IMG/VR virus record: IMGVR_UViG_3300021957_005284 | DNA: 64,000 nucleotides | Origin: an uncultured virus (IMG/VR IMGVR_UViG_3300021957_005284) | Lineage: Duplodnaviria > Heunggongvirae > Uroviricota > Caudoviricetes | Direction: 5' to 3' (one strand) | Shown: positions 52,057 to 61,582 of the stretch, one piece after another | How the letters are laid out: every line of letters starts with the position of its first letter | How positions within the stretch are numbered: position 1 is the first letter of the stretch | Made by a program: the position numbers and the translations under genes | The notes under the pieces: generated by a model | The model's input: only the letters and a program-made list of their open reading frames with translations | The model's database searches: none | Told to the model about the DNA's origin: nothing

Positions 52057-52825
52057 TTATTTATTTCCAGTTTTTACCAATCTACTATATGATAGTTCTA
52101 CATATTCTTTATGTATTTCACTACCAACAAAGTTTCTATTAAGTTTTTCACAAACAATAGCTGTTGTCCCACTACCCATAAAAGGGTCATACACTAACTC
52201 ATTTTTATAGGAATAGTATTTTATTATATTTTCTACCAACTTTTGTGGATAAGGTGCAAGATGTTTTACTTTTGTTTCTGGTTGTATTCTCCAAATATTA
52301 GTTTTCTCATACTCACCTTCTATTGGTTCGTCTTTTAAGAAGTGGTCTATTAGTTTATCTGATTTTTTCTTAAATACCAATACATATTCAGTTACTATAT
52401 TTGGTTTATATGCCAATGGTTTTCTATGTTGAAAAAATCCACCATTTCTATTTGGAACTGCCCCCACTTGGTTTTTCCCATATTATATCTTCTAAAAACT
52501 CATATCCGATTTCTTCCATCATAGGAACAAAATAAAAAGGAAGTGGTATTCTATAACTTTGTGAGTTTCTATTTTCTCTTGGAACTAATACAGGTGATAT
52601 ATTTACCACCACCATTCTACTTTCCTTTACCTTATTGTATAATGATGAAAATATGGTTTTCATTTTATTCATATAGTCATCAACATCTTTATATTCAACA
52701 TATTCACGAGCATTATAATATGGAGGGGATGTAACTACCAAGTCAATAGAGTTGTCCTCCATTTTCTTCATAGTTTCTAAACAATCTTCGTTATATATTT
52801 TATTCATAATTTTATTTATTTCCAT
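52057..52825 (-). pseudogene. N4-C/N6-A DNA methyltransferase (beta class) split by one extra G in a G5 tract (52461-52465)
   Basis: 5' half has TSPPY; 3' half has H.AP.P and DPFMGSGTT; removing one G gives the continuous WEKPSGAVPNRNGGF. Confidence 0.85.
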
Positions 52826-53559
52826 TAAAAAAACTTGTGTTTATTTACTTTACTTTCACCAAGTTTAGTATATTCTTCACTAATCTCACTACCGATTACA
52901 TTTCGGTTGTGTTTTCTACTCACTTTGTAAGTTGTTCCACTACCCATGAATGGGTCATAAACTACATCACCTTCTTTACTACAAGATAAAACTACATTTT
53001 CTACCATCTTTTCTGCAAATGGAGCTGGGTGGTTTGATTCTTGACTTCTTGGTATTGACCAAATGTTCTTTTTAAAAAGTGCATTACTTCTATCAAAGTA
53101 AGGTATAGAATCTTTTTCTTTCTTAATCCAAAATATCCACTCTGTAAATGGCATGAAATAAGACTTGTCAATCTTTGGAGTTCCACACTTATCCCAAATG
53201 ATTACTTGTTTAAGTGGAAACTCATATACCCAAGTTGGATGTATGGTTATATGATTATTCATTATATCTATGTGATTGTAGAATAAAGAACCGGTTGGTT
53301 TTAAAACTCTTAAACACTCACTAATCACTTTTTTCTGCCAATCAACATATTCTTCATGTGATAAATCATCATTGAAACTTTCGTATTCAATAGTTCTAAT
53401 CCAACCATTGGTTTTTGATTTGTTTCTCAACCAATGACCTTTATTATAAGGAGGTGATGTTACAATTAAATCAATAGAATTATCTTCCATCTTTGATAGT
53501 GTAACCAAACAATCTTCGTTATATATTTTATTTTTTTCCAAAAATTTTATTTTTTCCAA
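52825..53559 (-). CDS. N4-C/N6-A DNA methyltransferase (beta class)
   Basis: TSPPY, HPAPF, DPFMGSGTT and G.EI...Y motifs. Confidence 0.93.
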   Translation of the reverse strand: MEKIKFLEKNKIYNEDCLVTLSKMEDNSIDLIVTSPPYNKGHWLRNKSKTNGWIRTIEYESFNDDLSHEEYVDWQKKVISECLRVLKPTGSLFYNHIDIMNNHITIHPTWVYEFPLKQVIIWDKCGTPKIDKSYFMPFTEWIFWIKKEKDSIPYFDRSNALFKKNIWSIPRSQESNHPAPFAEKMVENVVLSCSKEGDVVYDPFMGSGTTYKVSRKHNRNVIGSEISEEYTKLGESKVNKHKFF

Positions 53560-53938
53560 TTGTAATTTTTCATTCTACTTTGTGAACCTTTCTTTGTTTT
53601 AGGATTCTTCTTTCTTTGTATAGAATGTCTTTCATAGTAGTTCTCATAATCGATATCTTCAAGTTTTTTAACTTCTGATGTAAATGAAGTTATGAATAAG
53701 ATAAATACAATACTACCCAATAGAAATATTAATACAGTCATAATTTAATTTTTTTTAAGTTTTTCATCATAATATAGTTGTTCTATCTGATACCATATTT
53801 CTTTAGGTAATCTGATAAGGATAACTTTTATCCATAAAATCAAGTTTCTCATAAAATTCATAACCTCGATTAAAACACATTATCGGTAACAATAATAATA
53901 TAGACCCATATAGTGTATATAGTAATACCTATATAAAA

Positions 53939-54130
53939 CTACTCCATACTACTAACGATAGACTGAATCCACTTCCCCTTATTCAGTAATTTTCTTTTCT
54001 TAACACTCTTCTTAGTATAATTCGTTCTACCCCTAACTTCCTCAATAAGTTTTGTCCTTTTAACTTTAGATTTATATCTCTTTAACATCTTATCCATATC
54101 TTCGCCCTTTTTTCTTTTTATTATTAACAT
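53939..54130 (-). CDS. rpsU: Ribosomal protein bS21, Bacteroidota-type
   Basis: MLII..K.GE..D..LKRYK.K...T....E.R.R..Y.K.SV..R. Confidence 0.88.
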   Translation of the reverse strand: MLIIKRKKGEDMDKMLKRYKSKVKRTKLIEEVRGRTNYTKKSVKKRKLLNKGKWIQSIVSSME

Positions 54131-54323
54131 ATAATTTTTATTTTAAATTTTAAACCTCGTACTCCCTACCTTAAGTGTGCAGGTCTACAATGTGATAGAG
54201 CAACCTAACCATAGGGTTAGTATAGGGTGTTTTTTCCATAGGGTAAAAAGTCAACCTCGATAAAAAAACCACTCCGAGCTCAACTACATGACCTGCGACC
54301 TGCTCAGTTACAAGAAACCTCCA

Positions 54324-54832
54324 CTACTCTTCCACTACCACAACATCAATTAGTTGTGCTTTTACATATTTCTCCTTACTTCTTATCAACCTCATATCTT
54401 CGAACAACTCTATTTGTTTAAAGGCCGCTTCTAAGTTGATGTATCTTTTACCTAAGAAATCTTCTCTTAGTTTAGGTGTCTTGGTTATCGTCACCATATC
54501 TGGTATAGTGTTAGTAGGTGTTTTTTCTATTATACAATTTCTGTGTTTAAATATTGTTCCTTCCATATAGTGTTTGTTATTAGTATTAGTGTTTATAGTG
54601 TATGGGTCTATATAGGTATTACTACATCTACCCGCAATCTTTTTTAGTTGGTAATTAAGTTTATCAGAACTTCTCCTCTTTCTTTTTCTTTATTACTTAG
54701 TATATCCTTATACTCTATAAGGTACTCATCAAGTGAAATTCTATTCCGCATTTTATACTTCATATCAAGAAGTTCCATAAAGGTACGGGCTTCATTATGA
54801 TAATGTTGTTCTAATCTTTCGTTTGTGTACAT
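54324..54832 (-). CDS. Two small early hypothetical proteins (54324-54566, 54644-54832)
   Basis: ORFs downstream of the early promoter cluster. Confidence 0.55.
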
Positions 54833-54837
54833 ATTAC

Positions 54838-54980
54838 GATTCTATAAAGGGTTTACATATTTCTATTCATTATCCAATTGGTTAATTCTTTTGATTCTTT
54901 TGTTTCTAATATTCCATATTTGATAACATCATTTGCTAGTTGTTTTACATCTATTGATTCTATAAAGGGTTTACATATTT
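54838..54980. repeat. Perfect 25-bp direct repeat GATTCTATAAAGGGTTTACATATTT (54838-54862, 54956-54980)
   Basis: Read directly from the sequence. Confidence 0.9.
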
Positions 54981-55164
54981 GGTAATCTTCAGAAGATAAG
55001 GCCGCAATCCATTCTGAGGATACCTCATCATCTAATAATTCTATTGGTGAATCCCAATCAGGAGTACTATCTTCATTTAATGGATATACAATCCCTAAAT
55101 CTATATCAATACACGAACCTACTGATTTTAACTCTTTTAACGCTGAACCTATTATTTTACTCAT
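54853..55164 (-). CDS. Early hypothetical protein
   Basis: Start moved to the ATG at 55164 (MSKIIG), downstream of the promoter at 55211. Confidence 0.6.
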   Translation of the reverse strand: MSKIIGSALKELKSVGSCIDIDLGIVYPLNEDSTPDWDSPIELLDDEVSSEWIAALSSEDYQICKPFIESIDVKQLANDVIKYGILETKESKELTNWIMNRNM

Positions 55165-55210
55165 ATTTTTATTTATTTTAATGTTTAAACTCTTACTCAT
55201 TATTACACCA

Positions 55211-55250
55211 CCAATATACGATTTTTTTTTGAGACTACAATGGCTTTTTT
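55211..55250 (-). promoter_or_regulatory. Phage early promoter
   Basis: AAAGCCA-TTG-TAGTCTC-N12-TATATTGG. Confidence 0.75.
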
Positions 55251-55285
55251 GAATTATTTTCGTCAAAAGTTATTAACAATTGGAT

Positions 55286-55325
55286 AAAAAAAACCCACTA
55301 AGAAGGGTGATACAACTTAGTGGGT
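55286..55325 (-). terminator. Intrinsic terminator closing the candidate ncRNA
   Basis: ACCCACTAAG-N13-CTTAGTGGGT followed by a T-run. Confidence 0.85.
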
Positions 55326-55597
55326 GGTTCGGACGAACACTTTAGGATAGGAGAGAGTGAGTAATCACCCTATTGATACCATCGGAAACCCCTAACCGAT
55401 GGCTGATTTACGGTAGCTCGAGTATCTTTCATTTCCTATAAAGACTTACACCGTTATTTTTAAAAGAGATTCAGTTTTTATAGTAGGTGTATCTCCCAAC
55501 CACTACTGACGGCCCCCTATATCTACAAGGGAGAGGTCTTTTCGATTAACTAGAGAGGGAATCAAACCCTATTTTCTCAATCATCAATCATATTACA
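55286..55597 (-). ncRNA. Candidate structured non-coding RNA (~300 nt)
   Basis: Bounded by an early promoter and a terminator; no ORF of 60 aa or more; GC-enriched; at least five hairpins. Confidence 0.6.
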
Positions 55598-55600
55598 TGA

Positions 55601-55638
55601 CTAATATACGAAAAAAAACTGAGACTACAATGGCTTTT
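55601..55638 (-). promoter_or_regulatory. Phage early promoter driving the candidate ncRNA
   Basis: AAAGCCA-TTG-TAGTCTC-N12-TATATTAG. Confidence 0.8.
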
Positions 55639-55654
55639 CTTCATTTTTTTGCAT

Positions 55655-56013
55655 TTATTTTTCGGTAAGTAGAATATAGATAAGTGTTACTCCAAACAGG
55701 AGTCCGAAAAACCCCACGCTTTCCAAAGGATTATTCATTATCATAAGAATACCTCGAAAGAAAAACTTAATAAATAGCGGTACTGATAATATAATTAATG
55801 CAGATACCACTCCAATTCCACCCATTTTGATTTTGTCTCTCATACTTTTTATAATTTAATTCCGTTAAATCTCTCAATCTTATTCAGTACAGTATATAAA
55901 ACTCTCGGGTTCATCATACTAGAGATACTCTCCATATCCCCTATAAAGTTAGGATTCAATAATATCCTCTCTAACTCCCCTCTACTGATTACTTTTTTTA
56001 TCTTTTTTGCCAT
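55655..56013 (-). CDS. Two small earliest genes (55655-55843 membrane protein; 55849-56013)
   Basis: Directly downstream of the promoter at 56033; second start moved to the ATG at 56013. Confidence 0.55.
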
Positions 56014-56032
56014 CTCACTTATTATTACACTA

Positions 56033-56070
56033 CTAATATACGAAAAATATTTGAGACTACAATGGTCTTT
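56033..56070 (-). promoter_or_regulatory. Phage early promoter
   Basis: TTG-TAGTCTCAAATATTTTTCG-TATATTAG. Confidence 0.8.
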
Positions 56071-56074
56071 TTCA

Positions 56075-57195
56075 CTTTTTTTTCTCTCCACTCGTTTACT
56101 CCTGTGTGTACACTCCCACCCACAACCACCCTAAAGTTACGATTTTTTTTCCACATCACCAAATAAAAAGAGTGACAATATGTCATAAGGAAGTGGAATT
56201 ACGAATAATGCAAGAAAATCCCCATTTTGTTAGAAAAAAAAGGTATCGGGTGACAATGTGTCATAGTACAAAAAGAGGTGGATTGCGAATATGATAATTA
56301 GGGGGGGTATGACAATGTGTCACATTTCTCTTGGAAAAAAAATAGAGACGTATAAAGAGAGACTAGAGCTGCCCCTCTATATTGATATAATAGTATAAAG
56401 TGTCATAAAGTGGGAAGTATCACATAAGGAATTATGATATAGGGTGTGTTTTTCAACCTTTTAAGAGGTTAGATGAAGTGAGACACCCTCGTATAAGGAT
56501 TTTAAGGTGTTATAGAGGTTTATTCTCAATAGGTGTAATATTGGGGTACGGATACATTCTCAGACGTGGTTAAAATGGATGCTTTTGAGTAGGGTTTTTT
56601 GGGGTTAAATTAGGAGTGTTTGAACATAGGGGAAAGGGGATGTAATGAGGAATGGAATCACTCATCCCTTTAGTTCATTTCTCTGCTCTCTTATATAGGG
56701 GGAGTGGGGAGTACGAGGGGATTTCTCTTGGGGAAAAGACGGGGAAGGGGAGTAAAGAAGCAGTCTAAATTAAGAATTGGAAGTGTGGGCTAATAGGGTT
56801 AGTACTGTAAGGGGGTTAGTGTATATAGGTATTATACTGAGTAGTATTGTATATAAGGTTAATCTCTTCCTCTCTCTACTATCTTATCTATATCATATGG
56901 ATAATCAACATTACCACACTTTCCACAAATATAGTAATGTTCACCTTGATATAATGGCTTTTTCATTTCTATATTACACTTATTACAAATCATATTAATA
57001 AATACTATCAATAAAAATTAAGGGTGAAAAATTTTTTCTACGACTCATTCGACCCCCCACGACAAACGAACAAACGAACAATAAGGGCAATAGGGGTACT
57101 CATTAAGTATTAAGTAGTAAAGTTATATAAAGTAGTTTAAATGGGGTTTAAATAAGTACCTTGTGGTTCAAATCGTTCAAAGGGGGTCTCATTCG
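56075..57195. other. ~1.1 kb non-coding region, candidate replication origin or genome terminus
   Basis: No credible CDS; G/purine-rich plus strand; three TGACA-N3-TGTCA palindromes; short tandem repeats; separates the end of one operon from the early promoters. Confidence 0.55.
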
Positions 57196-57945
57196 TTATA
57201 TCAACTTTAATTGGTTAAGTTTTTTTATCATTTGATTTTTGAAAAATACTTTGGATGCATATAAACTTGGATGAGAATCAAAATGATTAGGAGCTTCTTT
57301 ATGATGATATCCAAGGTATCTATTTTCTATTTCAATATTATCTCGTATCCACTCACTCATTCCACCCCACTTTAAATCACTCCAAAAATAAGATGGTTCT
57401 CCTCCTCCATGTATAGATTTCTTCGCACTCGAACTCCATACATTTGGGGGTTCGAATTGATAACAATTTGAATCTATTCTATCCCACGTCTCTTTTGAAC
57501 TATACCAAATTATGTTATATGAATTAAGTTTGTTTCTATGGTACTCGTTTAATTCATTATCTTTCCAATGAGCCCATCCTATATGTTGAATAAGTGTAAT
57601 ATTTTTTTCTTTTGATATTTCTTGAACCTTTTCCAAAATTTTATACCATTTATCCAAAAAATAGTAAAGAGGATTTTCTTCTGATTTTACTATAAAATTA
57701 TGGTCCTCTTCTTGTGGACGGGTAAGTGAACTCCATTGTATAATACAAGTATCATTTGGTTTTATATTTGTTTCAAATAAATTGAATATCTTATAATTAC
57801 TCGCACTCGAATATCCAAAATTATGAAAGGTATATCCTTCAAAATCAAATTCATATAAACCATTTCTAAGTGGTCCACCCTCAAAGGTTGAGTTATATTG
57901 TTCTGAAAATGAACACCCAAATAATTTTACTAGAGGTTTTTTCAT
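57196..57945 (-). CDS. SGNH-like protein
   Basis: FGCSFS, N.G.SSASN, IQWS...R, DSHP. Confidence 0.7.
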   Translation of the reverse strand: MKKPLVKLFGCSFSEQYNSTFEGGPLRNGLYEFDFEGYTFHNFGYSSASNYKIFNLFETNIKPNDTCIIQWSSLTRPQEEDHNFIVKSEENPLYYFLDKWYKILEKVQEISKEKNITLIQHIGWAHWKDNELNEYHRNKLNSYNIIWYSSKETWDRIDSNCYQFEPPNVWSSSAKKSIHGGGEPSYFWSDLKWGGMSEWIRDNIEIENRYLGYHHKEAPNHFDSHPSLYASKVFFKNQMIKKLNQLKLI

Positions 57946-58081
57946 TGTTGGATTAAATTATCTAATTTAATTTGTAATTTACTCATTAATTCTTTATTTC
58001 CCCCACCAATCTTTTGAGATTCTTTTAGAATAGTGTTTGTTAGGTTTTTAATCACCTCTTGTTTTCTTTTTGTTTTTGATT

Positions 58082-58762
58082 TCATTTGATTTGTTTTAGT
58101 TTATTTATAATAGATTTTGATATGATTTCATGTCCTAATTTATTTGGATGTGCGTCATTAATTTTTAAATCGTAAGGAAAAAATAATTTTTTTAAATTTT
58201 CATCATTTTCAGTAATAGTATGATATTCTTTATTTTTATATTGAATTGGTGTGAAGTTATTTGGAAAATATTTTTTAAGAATTATACTAAACTCAGGTAC
58301 CCATGAAAATCCAATCCATTTTATGTTCATTTTTTTACATTCATCATCTACTTTTTTAATTTGAGTATATATAAGATGTTCTAATGTTTTGTATTCATTT
58401 TCATTCAAATTTCTTGTTGGGGTGGAAAATTGTATTATTATATTTTCTACATTGTTAATTGTAGTAAAATATTTTATGCGTTTTAAATTATCAAGTATCG
58501 ATTTATTATCACCTCCATTTTCAAATGAGGGTGTTATCATTAGTTTATTTAATTTATTTGATACTAAATAAGGGAATGAATATTTTCTTCTATATTCATC
58601 TGCTTGAAATCCCAACCATTCAAATCTATCTTGACTATCAAAAAACTTTTTACAATCTAATTGAGTCCATCCATGATTTTCTATCATATAGTAATAATGT
58701 AACCCCTGTCCCCAAGTAAATGAATCTCCTAAAAAAACTAATCCTCCATTATAATCAATCAT
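58082..58762 (-). CDS. SGNH-like protein
   Basis: GDSFTWGQG, NGG.N, DAHPN..GH. Confidence 0.75.
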   Translation of the reverse strand: MIDYNGGLVFLGDSFTWGQGLHYYYMIENHGWTQLDCKKFFDSQDRFEWLGFQADEYRRKYSFPYLVSNKLNKLMITPSFENGGDNKSILDNLKRIKYFTTINNVENIIIQFSTPTRNLNENEYKTLEHLIYTQIKKVDDECKKMNIKWIGFSWVPEFSIILKKYFPNNFTPIQYKNKEYHTITENDENLKKLFFPYDLKINDAHPNKLGHEIISKSIINKLKQIK

Positions 58763-59022
58763 AATTTTTGTTTTTTACTTGGTTCGTATATTTTATCTAT
58801 TACTTTTTTTACAACAACACACTCCTCGTATCTTTCATTTTCTACTAACCAATCTAAAAGTGTATATAATTCTGAAAGTGGTATAAGATTTATGATAGTT
58901 TTTTTTCGTATTGTTCCTTTTTCAAAACAACCTAACATCCAACCAAGAGATTTTATTCTCATTTCATAGAGTATTTCATTATCTTTTTTAATATATTTGT
59001 AGTAATACTCTTCTGGTGTCAT
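58759..59022 (-). CDS. Small protein with UVR-like motif
   Basis: W..ENERYEEC..V. Confidence 0.55.
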   Translation of the reverse strand: MTPEEYYYKYIKKDNEILYEMRIKSLGWMLGCFEKGTIRKKTIINLIPLSELYTLLDWLVENERYEECVVVKKVIDKIYEPSKKQKL

Positions 59023-59142
59023 TATCTGTTGAAAATATCGTTAAAATGGTTATTATTAGCAGCTTTTTTCCAAAACTTTTCTCTTTGTTCTTTAGTTAGA
59101 TTTTTTTCTAACCTTTTTTCTAATATTGTTTTTGATTTGTTT

Positions 59143-59865
59143 TTACAACTCATGTCTAATCTTTTTATATAAATATTCTGCCCATAACTTATGAGATTTT
59201 TTAGATGGGTGTTTTCTTTTTAAAAAAGTTCCACCATTTTTTTCTAAATATTGGTACATTGACTCGTTTTTAAAATTAGGAAGTTGTTTCCATAATGATT
59301 TTAATGAGATTTGTTTTGTTTTTCTACCAAACTTATCAATTTGTTTTTTAGGTTCTCTAACTTCTTTAAAATCATAAAATACATTGTAAAAACAATACGG
59401 TATTCCATTGATTTGTAAAAAACTTCCTAATGAAATTATTTGATTTAAGGTTTTAATATATGAAGGTATATCCTCTGTTTGATTTAAAACAAATTCATCT
59501 TCAGTTGTTTTATCCTTATCATTATCACCCCACTTATCATATCCTTTCCACAATCTTTCTTGTTGGTATTCGCTACCTGTCCACCATTCAAATCTCGTTG
59601 GTGATGTCCAACCAATACAAACAAATATTTCATCACTTTTTATCCAACCACTTTCTTCACTCCAACATTTTTTTGTATCTAACCAATAAGAAACGTCTCT
59701 CATTGTCTGTCTAAATATGTAATCATTTGATACTCCCGCTGATGCATTATTACAATCAACCCACCCAAACATATCACTTAAAATTGAAGAGTATCTCTCA
59801 GAGGTTTTATTTTCAAGTTCTGCACCCCAAACTACTGAATCACCATTTGAATAAAATATTTTCAT
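59143..59865 (-). CDS. SGNH-like protein (DUF6071-like)
   Basis: NGDS..WGAEL, N.A.AG.SND.I.R, IGWT...R.E, HP....H..WA. Confidence 0.75.
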   Translation of the reverse strand: MKIFYSNGDSVVWGAELENKTSERYSSILSDMFGWVDCNNASAGVSNDYIFRQTMRDVSYWLDTKKCWSEESGWIKSDEIFVCIGWTSPTRFEWWTGSEYQQERLWKGYDKWGDNDKDKTTEDEFVLNQTEDIPSYIKTLNQIISLGSFLQINGIPYCFYNVFYDFKEVREPKKQIDKFGRKTKQISLKSLWKQLPNFKNESMYQYLEKNGGTFLKRKHPSKKSHKLWAEYLYKKIRHEL

Positions 59866-60902
59866 AACTGTTTTGGTATTATGTTATATTTTGGATTTAT
59901 GTAATTTTCAAGTAAATAATCATATAAATATTTGTAACCATGTTGGTTTGGATGATATATTGGACCAGAATACCTATCAGCTTTGTTTCCTTTAATTTGC
60001 TCAGAGATGTTTAAACAAGGAAATGTGTTATTAGATTCCCAAACAGTTATATTATCTGCAGTAGTAAAATTTTCCATTTCATAATCTACTAACATATCTC
60101 TAAATGTTTTTTTATTATAGTTTATGTACATTTCACTATCAACATTATAAAACTCATTTATAAAATTCTTATCTATATATGGTTCAAACAAATCAAAAAA
60201 TAAAATGTTAATTCCTTTCCATTTACAATATTTTTGATAAAACATATAATTTATTTGTGCTATATTTTCATAGGTCCTTTCATCAAACAATTCAATAAAA
60301 AAATCTTGTATCCATTTTTTAGAAAATTCCTTTTCTGATTCTGAAATCTTTGTATCTTCAAAAAATTCTTCTTTTCCTAAAAAAATATTTTCATTGTTGT
60401 TTGCACTCAAAATTTCTAATTGAATTTGTATTTTTTCAAATGAAAGTTGAGTATTATTTATTGGATTTATTCTATTTAAAAGTTCTGGATTTAAACTCGG
60501 TCTCTTTTGATTTTTAACATAATGAAACCAATCATCGTGTGAAGGAGATGTAAATGCTGGATTAATGGCTCCATTATCTCTATATTTTGATGTAAATCCA
60601 AATAATATTAAATCGGTATCTCTATAATCTCGCGCAAGAATATATTGTAAAAAACTAAATTGTTGGTAATTATTTGAACCTTGTAAACCTAGATTATTAA
60701 TTTCAATATCACTTCCAAAAGTATCTTTGAAAAATTTATTCCAAGAATTATTTTTTCTCCAATGATTAATTCCATCATATATATGATGACCGAAAGGTAA
60801 GTTAGGTTCTTGTGCGATTCCATCTTGAATTTCTGAATAACAACCCTGTCCTTCAATCCATGAATCACCAAGTAAAAAAATTCTATTTATTTCTTTTTTC
60901 AT
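59862..60902 (-). CDS. SGNH-like protein
   Basis: GDSW..G.G, NLG..GSNN, HPN..GY. Confidence 0.75.
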   Translation of the reverse strand: MKKEINRIFLLGDSWIEGQGCYSEIQDGIAQEPNLPFGHHIYDGINHWRKNNSWNKFFKDTFGSDIEINNLGLQGSNNYQQFSFLQYILARDYRDTDLILFGFTSKYRDNGAINPAFTSPSHDDWFHYVKNQKRPSLNPELLNRINPINNTQLSFEKIQIQLEILSANNNENIFLGKEEFFEDTKISESEKEFSKKWIQDFFIELFDERTYENIAQINYMFYQKYCKWKGINILFFDLFEPYIDKNFINEFYNVDSEMYINYNKKTFRDMLVDYEMENFTTADNITVWESNNTFPCLNISEQIKGNKADRYSGPIYHPNQHGYKYLYDYLLENYINPKYNIIPKQL

Positions 60903-60943
60903 ATTATAATAAATTTTTAAATTTTAAATAACTATATGTTTTA

Positions 60944-61582
60944 TTAGACATATTCTTCATAAATTTTTTGTTCTCTTAAATCACTATAAGTTTCACTACT
61001 TCCACACGGTGTATTAAAATCCTTTATTTTATTTGAATTAAAAATCTCTAATCCTTTCTTTGCCTGCTCGGGTCCCATATACATATGCCAACCAATACAT
61101 TCAAACTCGTCATTTTTATAAAGTTTATTTTTATTTCTACCATCATAAATCATAGGTCTTGCCCATTTTTCAAAATCTTTATTATTAGTTAAAATCATTC
61201 CACCCTGTCCGATATTCAGTATTTTTTTAAAATGAAAAGATATTATCATAAATTTATTTTGTAAACCCATTCCCATTCCTTTATGAAATGCAGTTGCTGC
61301 ATCTATAATTGAAGTTTTACCAATTTCATACATTCCTTCCCACTTTATATCTTTAAATTTTGGTTTATTACCACTCAAAATAATTTGATTTGGAACTGAA
61401 ACATAAGTTTTTGCAGGTATCTCTATTTCTGTGTGTTTAATTCCTAAATAATGTAAACACAATCGTATAGCGTTAGAATTTGAATCACATGCGATACCAT
61501 ATCTGTAACCAGTATATTCTGCTACTTCATTTTCAAAATGAGTAACCCAATCCCATGGGTCATTTACTTTATACTCTTTCAT
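60944..61582 (-). CDS. DegT/DnrJ/EryC1/StrS PLP aminotransferase (short form)
   Basis: FE..VA.Y.G, IP..TY.S, IIDAA, SFH..K.L..GQGGMI.T. Confidence 0.85.
   Translation of the reverse strand: MKEYKVNDPWDWVTHFENEVAEYTGYRYGIACDSNSNAIRLCLHYLGIKHTEIEIPAKTYVSVPNQIILSGNKPKFKDIKWEGMYEIGKTSIIDAATAFHKGMGMGLQNKFMIISFHFKKILNIGQGGMILTNNKDFEKWARPMIYDGRNKNKLYKNDEFECIGWHMYMGPEQAKKGLEIFNSNKIKDFNTPCGSSETYSDLREQKIYEEYV

Noticed and set aside
55545..55580. tRNA gene at the GGGTTTGATTCCC T-arm-like hairpin
   Set aside because: No D arm, anticodon arm or acceptor stem; treated as part of the candidate ncRNA
54838..56070. CRISPR-like array from the 25-bp repeat or the clustered GAGACTACAATGG repeats
   Set aside because: The 25-mer has only two copies with a 93-nt spacer; the other repeats are ~400 nt apart and are explained as promoters; no cas genes
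55165..56091. ORF-track starts at 55266 and 56091
   Set aside because: These N-terminal extensions run through the early promoter repeat (translated as HCSLK); the real starts lie downstream
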